DNA of 64,000 bases, from the NCBI GenBank assembly GCA_963677925.2, contig CAXXYH010000004.1, positions 608,001-672,000 on the forward strand. The letters run 5' to 3'. The position numbers and the translations under genes are program-made. Source of the DNA: Spirochaetia bacterium. Its GTDB lineage: Bacteria > Spirochaetota > Spirochaetia > UBA9216. Positions 37,440 through 46,675 of the stretch are shown here, one piece after another. The notes under the pieces were generated by a model. The model worked only from the letters and a program-made list of their open reading frames with translations. It had not been told where the DNA came from and made no database searches. Every line of letters starts with the position of its first letter. Position 1 is the first letter of the stretch.

Positions 37440-38621
37440 ATGAAAAATATCATTTTATATAATGCTACGATTTTTACCGGTTTTACAGAGATTGAAAGAG
37501 GCGCAGTTGTGCTTGAAGACGGCCGTATTACCGATGTTTTCAGCGGAAAACGGTTTGAACAAAAATCGTTCGGCAGCGACTTTGAGCTGTGGGATCTGCA
37601 GGGAGCATATCTTGTTCCCGGACTGATAGATACCCATATTCACGGTCTTCACGGATACGGTACGGATGATCTGTCCACGGACTCCATACTCGGAATGAGC
37701 AGCGCAATGGCGGAATACGGTGTAACCGCCTTCTGTCCGACCCTGTATCCTCAGAATGATGAAAACTTCATGAAATCAATTGAGGCTACCGCGGCAGCAA
37801 TAGGCAAAGAGGATGGCGCCAGAATTCTGGGTCTGCACCTTGAGGGGCCGTTTATAAACCCTGAAAAGAAGGGTTCGCTTCTTGAAGAAGGCATCAGAGC
37901 GGTAAGCCTTGATTTAATGGATAAATACTATACTGCAGCCGGCGGCCGAATAACAAATATGACAGTTGCTCCTGAACTGAAGAATATGCGCGAGCTGGCC
38001 CTTTACTGCAATAAAAAGGGAATAACGCTTCAGGCCGGACACTCCAACGCCAGTTATGATCAGATGCGGGAGGGGATGGAAGCCGGAATTACCCACGCCA
38101 CCCACTTCTTCAATGCGATGAGAAGTATCCACCACCGTGATCCCGGGATTGTAGGGGCCATCCTGATTCATCCGGAGCTGACCTGCGAGCTTATCGCTGA
38201 TGGAGAGCATGTGCATCCTGCAATAGTACAGATGCTGATAAAGGAGAAGGCTGCTGACAAGATCTGCCTGGTAACCGATGCCGTTAAACCGACCTGCGTA
38301 AGATCCGGGAAGCTGATCGCAAACCGGGATGAAGTGTATCTGGGCGATGATCATGTGTTTCACCGGGTTGAAGATGATGTGATTGCAGGCTCCGCCCTGA
38401 CTATGAACAGGGCTGTAAAAAATATGGTCGGATTCGGCAGTACACCGCAGGAAGCCTTTCTTATGGCCAGTTATACACCGGCTTCTGTACTGGGTCTGTC
38501 AAAAAAAATGGGAATGCTTCTGCCGGGCAGCAACGCGAACCTGGCTGTCTATGACAAGGAATATAACTGTCTTGCTACAATTGTGGACGGAGTATTTAAA
38601 AAGAATGAGATGCGCGGTTAA
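37440..38621 (+). CDS. nagA: N-acetylglucosamine-6-phosphate deacetylase
   Basis: PGLIDTHIHG, HLEGP, THFFNAM, DGEHVH, VTDA, IAGS; start MKNII at 37440. Confidence 0.95.
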   Translation: MKNIILYNATIFTGFTEIERGAVVLEDGRITDVFSGKRFEQKSFGSDFELWDLQGAYLVPGLIDTHIHGLHGYGTDDLSTDSILGMSSAMAEYGVTAFCPTLYPQNDENFMKSIEATAAAIGKEDGARILGLHLEGPFINPEKKGSLLEEGIRAVSLDLMDKYYTAAGGRITNMTVAPELKNMRELALYCNKKGITLQAGHSNASYDQMREGMEAGITHATHFFNAMRSIHHRDPGIVGAILIHPELTCELIADGEHVHPAIVQMLIKEKAADKICLVTDAVKPTCVRSGKLIANRDEVYLGDDHVFHRVEDDVIAGSALTMNRAVKNMVGFGSTPQEAFLMASYTPASVLGLSKKMGMLLPGSNANLAVYDKEYNCLATIVDGVFKKNEMRG

Positions 38622-38631
38622 GGAGAAATAA

Positions 38632-39429
38632 TTGAGACTTATAATTCATCAGGACTATGAGGGCGTTAGTCGATGGTCAGCGGCTTATATTGCAAACAGG
38701 ATAAATGAGTTTAAGCCTTCAAAAGAAAGGCCCTTTGTATTAGGGCTCCCAACCGGATCGACACCGCTGGGGATTTACAGGGAGCTTATAAGACTCTACT
38801 CCGAGGGGAGCCTTAGTTTTAAGAATGTAGTCACTTTTAATATGGATGAATACGTCGGACTGGGACCGGAAGACGAACAGAGCTACCATCACTTTATGCA
38901 GAAGTCTCTTTTTTCTCATATTGATATACCCGAAGAGAATATTAATATCCTTGACGGCATGGCTTCCGATCCGGAAGCCGAATGCCGCAGGTATGAAGAT
39001 AAAATAAAATCCCTGGGCGGAATTGACCTCTTTCTTGGCGGTGTAGGCGCCGACGGTCACATTGCTTTCAACGAGCCCGGAAGCAGCCTGAGTTCGCGCA
39101 CGCGCCTTAAGCGGCTGACCCATGATACAAAGGTGATGAACTCAAGATTTTTCAATGATGATATCAGTCTCGTTCCCGAGATGGCATTAACTGTTGGGGT
39201 TGGTACTATTATGGATGCTGATGAGGTTCTGCTGGCGGCAAGCGGACTCAGCAAGGCGCGTGCACTTGAGAAAGCCGTTCAGCAGGGGGTAAACCACATG
39301 TGGACTGTAAGCTGTATGCAGCTGCATCCCAAGGCAATTATTGTCTGTGATGAGGACGCTACGGTGGAATTGAAGGTCGGAACTGTTAATTACTTCAAGG
39401 CGATAGAATCGCAGAGATCTCCATCCTGA
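38632..39429 (+). CDS. nagB: Glucosamine-6-phosphate deaminase
   Basis: TTG start with SD AAGGAG; [30 protein letters not shown]. Confidence 0.97.
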   Translation: MRLIIHQDYEGVSRWSAAYIANRINEFKPSKERPFVLGLPTGSTPLGIYRELIRLYSEGSLSFKNVVTFNMDEYVGLGPEDEQSYHHFMQKSLFSHIDIPEENINILDGMASDPEAECRRYEDKIKSLGGIDLFLGGVGADGHIAFNEPGSSLSSRTRLKRLTHDTKVMNSRFFNDDISLVPEMALTVGVGTIMDADEVLLAASGLSKARALEKAVQQGVNHMWTVSCMQLHPKAIIVCDEDATVELKVGTVNYFKAIESQRSPS

Positions 39430-39985
39430 GCTGATCTGAAATCATTTCTTTAAGTGTCAGATCCTCTGTATCCTTGATCCACCAAATCGTATAGAGCATC
39501 AGAACTGCTACCAGTCTTTTTGACAGCATTTCCGGAGAGATTGAATCAGGAATGCTTTTGCTCTGCTGTCCGCTTTTGATTATTTTTGTCAGCAGCGGTC
39601 TAATCGGCAGCAGATTTTCAATAATGGAGTCGCCGCTCTGCGGTACTATATCATTTTTGATCAGCTGAGCGACAATCGCCTTTCCCTTCCTCTCATAGTA
39701 ATCAAGCTGGAATGACATTAGTTTTTCAAGCTGTTCTGCAGTTGAGTCGGTCTCAATTTCCTGATAGTAATTGGATAAATCCTCACCCTCAATTTTCAGG
39801 ATCTCATTAATAATATCGTTTATCGAATGAAAATAATGATAAAAGGTCCCCTGAGCTACATTGGAAACGCTGCAGACTTCAACAAGAGTTGTGTTTTCAA
39901 TTCCTTTTTCTTTGATCAGGTTTATTGCCGACGTAATTATCCTGTTTTTTGTTTTTGTGCCTTTGGGGGTCTTTCCTGCTTTCAT
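39395..39985 (-). CDS. TetR/AcrR-family transcriptional regulator
   Basis: RII.SA..LI.EKG...TT..EVC...[13 protein letters not shown]; start moved to MKAG at 39985. Confidence 0.9.
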   Translation of the reverse strand: MKAGKTPKGTKTKNRIITSAINLIKEKGIENTTLVEVCSVSNVAQGTFYHYFHSINDIINEILKIEGEDLSNYYQEIETDSTAEQLEKLMSFQLDYYERKGKAIVAQLIKNDIVPQSGDSIIENLLPIRPLLTKIIKSGQQSKSIPDSISPEMLSKRLVAVLMLYTIWWIKDTEDLTLKEMISDQLRMEISAILSP

Positions 39986-40033
39986 TAAAAAAAAGTAACA
40001 GAAGCGCACTCATCTTTCAAGGAGTTAGTTGGA

Positions 40034-40111
40034 AAAATCGAGAAATCCCGAAAATAATTGACATTTTACTGTATCAAGTTTAACATGAATAAAACCGAGA
40101 ATTCTCGAAAA
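40034..40111 (+). promoter_or_regulatory. AOR-operon promoter flanked by two candidate TetR operators
   Basis: TTGACA(40058-63)-17-TAACAT(40081-86); CGAGAATTCTCG (40096-107, perfect palindrome) and CGAGAAATCCCG (40039-50). Confidence 0.7.
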
Positions 40112-40123
40112 AAAGGTGTGTTT

Positions 40124-41755
40124 ATGGACGGGGAAAATTATGTAATAGTCAGCAGGGCTCCGGCTATGGATTACAAAACCGATTATGTAGTCCTGCCGAA
40201 AAATTACGGAAGCCGGCAGTATTATCAGAGGAAGGATGTAAGTGCAATAATTGAAACTGTTGAATCAAACCTGAATTCGCTCAATGAGAAAACCGATTTT
40301 GTAAAAAAAATTCAGGGTCGAAGGGTCATTATCAAACCCAATTTTGTCGGTGTCTTTCACAAGGTCGGACTGAAGGTTGACGATGTTCCGCAGTCAACAG
40401 ATCCGCGGGTTATAGATGCGGTTGTAAAATACCTTAAAAAATATACTGACGATATTATTATAATAGAAGGTTCCGGAGCTCCCGTTTCGCGTCTGATGGC
40501 TAAAATAAACGGTACGGACAGAATTGTTAAACGCTATGGTATAGAGTTTCAGGCTGTTGAAGAGCTTCCTGTTGATAAGTACCTCCTTCCGAAGGCTCAG
40601 GTAATGAAGGAAGTTTTCATTCCAAGAACCTTCAGTGAGATTGTCAGAGGGGAGGCTTTCTACATCTCTCTGCCCAAGATGAAAACAAATGCCTATACCG
40701 GCGTGACTCTCGGGTTTAAAAACGCCATGGGCTGTCTTTCTCCGCATATGCGATACAGAAACCATAATTACAATATTGATAAAAAGCTTGTTGATCTCCT
40801 CTGGCTTTTTAAACCGGACCTGACAATCATTGACGGTATTATCGGTGCCGAGGGGAATGTTCCCGGACCGGTAGATCCTGTGGATGCCCGTCTGATAATA
40901 AGCGGCACAAACAGCGTTGAAACCGACAGGGTTGCTACAAGAATAATGGGACATGACCCGTCAAAGATCAGACTGATGCAGGAGGCTGACAAACTCGGGT
41001 TTAATGATCCTGACACTGTTGTTATCGGTGAGCCGGAACCCATTCCCTGGAGGCATGCTGATACAAGTCTTGTTTCAGGCAGGATTGCGGAGAAATTTCC
41101 TAATGTCAGGTTTCTTGTAGGTGCGGTAAAGAATACCGCACCCGAAATTGACAGTACCGATGTTGATATTGAAACTGTGAAGGCTATGGAACAGGCCTGC
41201 CCCGGAGGATGTCTACCTTCGGTGATTTATAATATGGAGAACTTTCTCTATTACCGCAATCTCAATCCGGAAGATGTAAGGATGACTGTTGTAATCGGAG
41301 CCGGTGCCCTTGTCGACGGCCGCAGGTTCTATTTTGATAAAGACTGCCGGGCGTACTCCGATGAGGATATAAAAGCCCTGGATGAGCCAGTAGTAGCTGT
41401 GGGTTCATGTACATGCCGCCTGAATGGAGCTGCAGATTACCAGGTTGAAGGATGCACCGCAAAGGTCTCAAGAGTTACTGAGGTATTCAATAAAGCAGCA
41501 GGCCTGCCGAATCCGATAACAAGAAGTCTGCTGTCAAATCCGCTAAATATCCCGGTGATTCTTAAGTCTCAGCGAAACCGGAAGAAACTGGCCCTGGCCG
41601 GGCATCCCATGGATGTTGAACTGTGTATTGAGGACAAGATTTTTGAAGGACGGGCTCTTACTGACGATGAAAAAAAGATGGATTATATCCGCTGTGAAAT
41701 AGAGCCGCTTACAAAAGAACAGATTAAAAAGCAGTTAAGCTATATAAAAATATAG
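40124..41755 (+). CDS. DUF362-domain protein with Cys-rich C-terminal extension
   Basis: IKPN, TDP, LPKMKT, TLGFKNAMG, IDGI...EG; CPGGC, GSCTC, EGC. Start moved to MDGEN because the ORF-track TTG is the -35 box. Confidence 0.8.
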   Translation: MDGENYVIVSRAPAMDYKTDYVVLPKNYGSRQYYQRKDVSAIIETVESNLNSLNEKTDFVKKIQGRRVIIKPNFVGVFHKVGLKVDDVPQSTDPRVIDAVVKYLKKYTDDIIIIEGSGAPVSRLMAKINGTDRIVKRYGIEFQAVEELPVDKYLLPKAQVMKEVFIPRTFSEIVRGEAFYISLPKMKTNAYTGVTLGFKNAMGCLSPHMRYRNHNYNIDKKLVDLLWLFKPDLTIIDGIIGAEGNVPGPVDPVDARLIISGTNSVETDRVATRIMGHDPSKIRLMQEADKLGFNDPDTVVIGEPEPIPWRHADTSLVSGRIAEKFPNVRFLVGAVKNTAPEIDSTDVDIETVKAMEQACPGGCLPSVIYNMENFLYYRNLNPEDVRMTVVIGAGALVDGRRFYFDKDCRAYSDEDIKALDEPVVAVGSCTCRLNGAADYQVEGCTAKVSRVTEVFNKAAGLPNPITRSLLSNPLNIPVILKSQRNRKKLALAGHPMDVELCIEDKIFEGRALTDDEKKMDYIRCEIEPLTKEQIKKQLSYIKI

Positions 41756-41768
41756 AAGAGGGTGTAAT

Positions 41769-42041
41769 ATGAAGAATCAGGCAGTAAGATATATATTTGT
41801 AATCCTTATCTGGGCGGCAGCTCTGCTTTTATGGATTATCAAAGGATGGTGGTTTATAGCCGCAGCCTTGTTTCTGCTTCATTTTTTTGAAACAATGTTT
41901 ACAGGAATCAGGACCGGAAAAGAACATGGTCTGAGCCGGGGGTATTCGATTATTATGTCAATGGCCTTCGGTATTGTCTGGTGGAAACCTCTAAATGATG
42001 AGTATAAAGAGAAAAACATTCCGGAGGACTGCGAAGAGTGA
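41769..42041 (+). CDS. Small hypothetical membrane protein
   Basis: About 3 TM segments, LH..E and FG..WWKP; SD present; overlaps the AOR start. Confidence 0.75.
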   Translation: MKNQAVRYIFVILIWAAALLLWIIKGWWFIAAALFLLHFFETMFTGIRTGKEHGLSRGYSIIMSMAFGIVWWKPLNDEYKEKNIPEDCEE

Positions 42042-44038
42042 AAGGTTATATAGGAAAAATTCTGGTTGCTGATCTAGGATCAGGAAGATGTGAAATTGAG
42101 GCTGTTCCCGAGAAGGTATATGAAGAGGTTCTCTCGGGAGTAGGCCTTGGTGCCTGGTACCTCTGCAGGAATATTCCGGCCGGTGCAGATCCGCTTGGTC
42201 CGGAAAATATTCTAGGATTTACATCCGGTCTTCTTACGGGAACAGGCTCTGTCATGACCGGCCGGTGGATGGCCGTCTGCAAATCACCGCTTACCGGCGG
42301 CTGGGGAGATTCAAATTGCGGCGGAAATCTCGCTCCTGCAATCAAGCAGTGCGGCGTTGATGCAATATTTATCAAAGGTCAGTCGGCAGAACCCGTATAC
42401 CTCTATATGGACAACCGGGGCGCGGAGATCCGCCCGGCTGCAGATTACTGGGGGCTTGATGCAATCGAAGCCGAAGAGCGGCTGATAAAGGAAAACTGGA
42501 AAAAGAAGAAGCCGGCTGCTGCAGTAATCGGACCCTCTGCTGAAAAGCTGTCGCTGATATCCGGCATATCCAATGACCTGGGTCGGTATGCCGCACGTTC
42601 AGGCGTCGGTGCTGTAATGGGCTCAAAGAAGCTCAAGGCTGTGGTTCTTGCCGGGACAAAGCAGGTTAAGGCAGATAATCCGGAAAAGATTAAGGAACTG
42701 AGTAAGGAGTATTCCCGGAAGGTAAGAAAGATGAACGCGCCCGGCGTATTCACCGGGGCCCTGCTTCCTGTGCTTGGAAAGGTAATGGGAAGTCTGAAAA
42801 GTGTTGCTCCTCTGGATGGAATGCTAACCGCAATGCTTCTCAGAAAATGGGGTACGGTGATGAATAATACACTGGCCGTCATGAACGGTGATGCCCCGAT
42901 AAAGAACTGGTCCGGTTCAGAAAAAGATTATAATTTTAAATACTACAGACAGATCAATCCCGATAAGTTCATTGCCCGTGAGCAGACCAAATATCACTGC
43001 TATTCCTGCATAATCGGCTGCGGGGGAATGTGTTCAATAAAAGATATCAGGGATGGAAAATATTCCCACACACATAAACCCGAGTATGAAACGGCAATGA
43101 TGTTCGGCGGTCTTCTGATGAATAAGGACCGTGATGCAATCTTTTATGCAAACGAACTCTGCAACCGCTATGGTCTTGATACTATATCAGCCGGAAGTGT
43201 AATAGCATTTGCAATTGAATGTTACGAGAACGGGATTCTCACAGATGAGGATACATACGGTCTGAAACTTAACTGGGGCAGCAGCGATGCCGTCATAAAT
43301 CTTCTTGAGAAAATTGCAAACCGCGAGCCGGGTCTTGGTGATATCCTTGCTGACGGAGTGAAAGCCGCGGCTGAAAAGATAGGTAAGGGCTCTGAAAAAT
43401 ATGCTGTCCATGCCGGCGGCCAGGAGATTCCGGCGCATGACCCGAAAATTGATCCGATGCTGGCCCAGACCTATGGAATTGATCCGACTCCGGGCCGTCA
43501 TACTACAAGCAGCGGCTTGTACTATACTTCCTCATTTCTGTGGCAGCACGTTTCATGGCTTCCCTCATTCAGGCTGTATTCGAAGAGCAGGGAATACATA
43601 CCTTCTATGGAAGAAACAATGAAAAATGTGGCTTATACAGCGTTTAAGATGCTGATCGACGGAACCGGCAGCTGCTATTACGCTATGCTGATGGGTGTCA
43701 GGTATTTCAGAATTTTTGATTTCCTGAATGCTGCAACCGGATGGAACAAGACTCCTGATGAATATATGGAAATAGGAAAGCGGATGCAGAACCTGCGTCA
43801 GCTGTTCAATGCAATACATTCCGTAGATGTAAACAGCTTTAAGCCCCATGCAAGAGTTTACGGGGCGGAGCCTCTTGTAAGCGGACATAATAAAAATATT
43901 ACGGTTGATATTGACGGGATGATTGAACTGTATAAGGAAGCCTGGGGCTGGGATGCTGAAAGCGGATACCCCACTGAAGAAACCGTTAACAAATACGGAC
44001 TTGAACAGCTGCTTGATAAGGAGAACCTGTATGCCTGA
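42038..44038 (+). CDS. aor: Aldehyde:ferredoxin oxidoreductase family (W-bis-pterin) enzyme
   Basis: GY.GKIL..DL, DPLGPEN, KSPLTG, R.G.GAVMGSKKLKA, CYSCIIGC, PEYET, GLDTIS.G, HDP. Confidence 0.93.
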   Translation: MKGYIGKILVADLGSGRCEIEAVPEKVYEEVLSGVGLGAWYLCRNIPAGADPLGPENILGFTSGLLTGTGSVMTGRWMAVCKSPLTGGWGDSNCGGNLAPAIKQCGVDAIFIKGQSAEPVYLYMDNRGAEIRPAADYWGLDAIEAEERLIKENWKKKKPAAAVIGPSAEKLSLISGISNDLGRYAARSGVGAVMGSKKLKAVVLAGTKQVKADNPEKIKELSKEYSRKVRKMNAPGVFTGALLPVLGKVMGSLKSVAPLDGMLTAMLLRKWGTVMNNTLAVMNGDAPIKNWSGSEKDYNFKYYRQINPDKFIAREQTKYHCYSCIIGCGGMCSIKDIRDGKYSHTHKPEYETAMMFGGLLMNKDRDAIFYANELCNRYGLDTISAGSVIAFAIECYENGILTDEDTYGLKLNWGSSDAVINLLEKIANREPGLGDILADGVKAAAEKIGKGSEKYAVHAGGQEIPAHDPKIDPMLAQTYGIDPTPGRHTTSSGLYYTSSFLWQHVSWLPSFRLYSKSREYIPSMEETMKNVAYTAFKMLIDGTGSCYYAMLMGVRYFRIFDFLNAATGWNKTPDEYMEIGKRMQNLRQLFNAIHSVDVNSFKPHARVYGAEPLVSGHNKNITVDIDGMIELYKEAWGWDAESGYPTEETVNKYGLEQLLDKENLYA

Positions 44039-44243
44039 AAAAAAAATCCCGGAAGTCGACTATAAACACTGCATGGCCTGCCGGGTCTGTATTATAGCCT
44101 GCCCTTTCAGCTGCCTTGATGCGGTTAAAACCGATAATCCGGGAAAGAAGGGTTTTCCGGAACTTGTAAAAGCTGAAAGCTGTACAGGCTGCGGAATATG
44201 CGCGCAGGCCTGTCCTGTTGAAGTAATAAGGATGGTTTCCTGA
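44031..44243 (+). CDS. 2x[4Fe-4S] ferredoxin
   Basis: CMACRVCIIACP and CTGCGICAQACP; start MPEKK at 44031 with SD AAGGAG. Confidence 0.93.
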   Translation: MPEKKIPEVDYKHCMACRVCIIACPFSCLDAVKTDNPGKKGFPELVKAESCTGCGICAQACPVEVIRMVS

Positions 44244-44246
44244 GAA

Positions 44247-44480
44247 GTGAAGGTTCGAATTACTGCTCCGGCATTCTGCGACTACAGCCGGATCGACGAT
44301 TCCGGCTGTATAGAACTGCCTGAAAAATCCCGGCTTAACAAGTTGTATTCAATGCTTAAAATACCTCTTCCGGTAAGGCCTCTTTTAATTACAATGGTGA
44401 ATTTTGAAAAAGCCCGGCCGGCTAAGATTCTCTCCGAAGGAGACGATGTAAGCATTCTCTGGTTTATGTCCGGAGGCTGA
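44247..44480 (+). CDS. MoaD/ThiS-family sulfur carrier
   Basis: 77 aa, VN...L.EGD.V.I....SGG with C-terminal Gly-Gly. Confidence 0.88.
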   Translation: MKVRITAPAFCDYSRIDDSGCIELPEKSRLNKLYSMLKIPLPVRPLLITMVNFEKARPAKILSEGDDVSILWFMSGG

Positions 44481-44583
44481 TCGTCTCTGCATTGACTCTT
44501 TTGCTGTATTAATTCATTCTTATACCAGAATAAAAAGTATCAGAGGCTGAATCGGTTCAGCCTCGCACAAAGGAGTCTCTTCA

Positions 44584-44826
44584 ATGGCAAAAATAATCGA
44601 GTTTAAAAAACCTGAACAGGAAAAGGGCAAATCATGTTCGTGGTGTAAAAACCGGGGAACACATCCGCTTGATCCTCCCTGCGACAGATGCAGGTGGTAT
44701 GACCGCGATGAAGTCTTTGACCTTGAAGTTGCCGGTGAAGGCGTTGTTAAAGTCAGAAAAGAGGTAGACCCCGAAACCTTCGAAATTCGCTTCATCCCCG
44801 CGGAAGAAACTGATATAGATATCTGA
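44584..44826 (+). CDS. Small hypothetical protein with CxxC...CxxC
   Basis: SD AAGGAG; MAKIIEFKK N-terminus; CSWC and CDRC; acidic tail. Confidence 0.7.
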   Translation: MAKIIEFKKPEQEKGKSCSWCKNRGTHPLDPPCDRCRWYDRDEVFDLEVAGEGVVKVRKEVDPETFEIRFIPAEETDIDI

Positions 44827-44918
44827 GCTTCTTACAAAACTTTCATAGTTTTGAAATTGCCTTATCTGATTAAACTCTCCGGTTGACTGCCGGATCCTCA
44901 GGCGGGTATACTTACGAA

Positions 44919-45548
44919 ATGATAGATATTTTTCTGAAAGGCGGCGTACTGATGTGGCCGCTTCTTGTAATTTCAGTTATAGCGCTTGCTGTAATTCTTG
45001 AGCGTGAATATTTCTTTTTTAAAAACCGGGTCAGTGAATCGCAGCTTACATCCATAAAAAATCTGCTTCTTGAGGGCCGGGCTGATGAGGCTGAAACTGA
45101 AACCGGACGATCAGGACGTGTGCTTCTTGTTTTTCTTAACTCAGTAATTTCAAACCGCAGAAATCCTGTTGAGATAGCCGAAAGGGAAATTTCGCTGTCC
45201 GGGGAAAAGATGCTTTTTCAGGCTTCAAGCTTTATTCACGTACTTGAGCTTATAGGCAGTATTTCTCCCATGATAGGACTTTCCGGTACTGTTGTGGGAA
45301 TGGTAAGAGCTTTCCAGCAAATCGGTATTAATACCGGCTCCCAGATTGATCCGTCTCTTCTTGCCGACGGAATATGGGTAGCCATGATAACAACTGTGGC
45401 AGGACTGTTTGTTGCAATTCCCAGTTTCATCTTTGCCCATATAAATAACAGGCGTCTTAGAAAACTTGAGTTCAATATGAAGATATACGGTGAAGAGTTT
45501 CATTCGATCCTTCGGGTAGAAGAAAAGAGGGCCTTATTAAATGATTGA
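44919..45548 (+). CDS. exbB: MotA/TolQ/ExbB proton channel
   Basis: GG.LMWPL, SPMIGL.GTV.GM..AF and GI..AM.TTVAGL..AIP; start MIDIF at 44919. Confidence 0.9.
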   Translation: MIDIFLKGGVLMWPLLVISVIALAVILEREYFFFKNRVSESQLTSIKNLLLEGRADEAETETGRSGRVLLVFLNSVISNRRNPVEIAEREISLSGEKMLFQASSFIHVLELIGSISPMIGLSGTVVGMVRAFQQIGINTGSQIDPSLLADGIWVAMITTVAGLFVAIPSFIFAHINNRRLRKLEFNMKIYGEEFHSILRVEEKRALLND

Positions 45549-45957
45549 ATTCAGGGAGTTTGATGAATCATGGAAGTCCCGTACAAGATTCGAGATGACC
45601 CCGATGATCGATATGATCTTTCTTCTGCTGATATTTTTTCTCCTGACATCAACTCTCACCAACCCTGTAATTACTGTTGAACTTCCTGAATCTGAAATTG
45701 TCGATACCAGAATAGAGCAGGATATCGTCATCACCGTTGACAGTAAAGGCAGGCTTTTTCTGGATGAGCAGGAGTACAGTAAAGAAGCACTCGCCGCTGA
45801 AATCAGCTCAATCTATCTTGACCGGGATTCATCGGATATTTTTATTCAGGCTGATGAAAATGTTGACTTCGGCATTATTGTTGACGTAATGGATATATGC
45901 AGAAAGAACGGTGCCTTCGATCTTGCTTTCATTGTAGAAGGAAAGGTTTCTCCCTGA
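45541..45957 (+). CDS. exbD: Biopolymer transport protein ExbD/TolR
   Basis: MTPMIDMIFLLLIFF, V.LP, I.AD..V..G..V.VMD. Confidence 0.92.
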   Translation: MIEFREFDESWKSRTRFEMTPMIDMIFLLLIFFLLTSTLTNPVITVELPESEIVDTRIEQDIVITVDSKGRLFLDEQEYSKEALAAEISSIYLDRDSSDIFIQADENVDFGIIVDVMDICRKNGAFDLAFIVEGKVSP

Positions 45958-45961
45958 AGAA

Positions 45962-46675
45962 ATGAAATCTTCCAGAATTATTTTATTATTTGCAGCAGTC
46001 TCAATTGTAATCCACGGACTGGTTTTTCTGGTAAAAATACCCCCCTCTGAAAGTTCTCCTTTAATAGAAACCGAACATATGATCCCGGTTGAACTTGCCT
46101 TTCTGGACCTCCAATCCCGGCAACCGGAGGCGTCTGTCCAGGCCCCGCCTCCGGCGTCATCAGCTGAACAAAAAACGGCAGAACTTCCGGCAGTTTTAGA
46201 GAAAACAGTGCCGAATGAGCCTGTACAGGAACTCCCTCAGCCGGAACCTGTTAAACAGGCAGCTTCTGAAGCCGAACCGGTACCTGAGCCGGAACAGGAA
46301 CAGGCTGCGCCGGAATCTGCATCTCCGCAGCAGGTCAGTCATGGTGCTTTTCAAAATTCTGCAGAAAGTTCCGGTTCAGCTCCGGAGGTTAAGGCAAACC
46401 CCTTCGATGATCTGATGCAGCGTGTTGAAATAAATAAAAGCGGAAGCTATCCTCTTCGTGCCCGTAAACGGGGACAGCAGGGTACCGTGATGGTTCTTCT
46501 GACTCTGGATAAAGACGGTAACATGCTTAATGTTGAAATAATAGGTAAATCCAGACACTCCGCACTGAACACCGCAGCAATTGAGCTTGTTGAAAAGATT
46601 ATGGAACAGCCTTATCCGCATGGTCTTGATAAAACTGTAAATTTTAAATTTCCAATTACATTCAGACTCGATTAG
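45962..46675 (+). CDS. tonB: Energy transducer TonB
   Basis: TM S...H motif (SIVIH); Pro/Glu-rich linker; YP..AR.RG.QG.V and FPITFRL C-terminal domain. Confidence 0.9.
   Translation: MKSSRIILLFAAVSIVIHGLVFLVKIPPSESSPLIETEHMIPVELAFLDLQSRQPEASVQAPPPASSAEQKTAELPAVLEKTVPNEPVQELPQPEPVKQAASEAEPVPEPEQEQAAPESASPQQVSHGAFQNSAESSGSAPEVKANPFDDLMQRVEINKSGSYPLRARKRGQQGTVMVLLTLDKDGNMLNVEIIGKSRHSALNTAAIELVEKIMEQPYPHGLDKTVNFKFPITFRLD

Noticed and set aside
44520-44795. 91-aa minus-strand ORF
   Set aside because: Overlaps the plus-strand CxxC protein, which has a strong SD; no motifs.
46130-46400. Repetitive CCGGAAC-like sequence
   Set aside because: Explained by the Pro/Glu-rich TonB linker.
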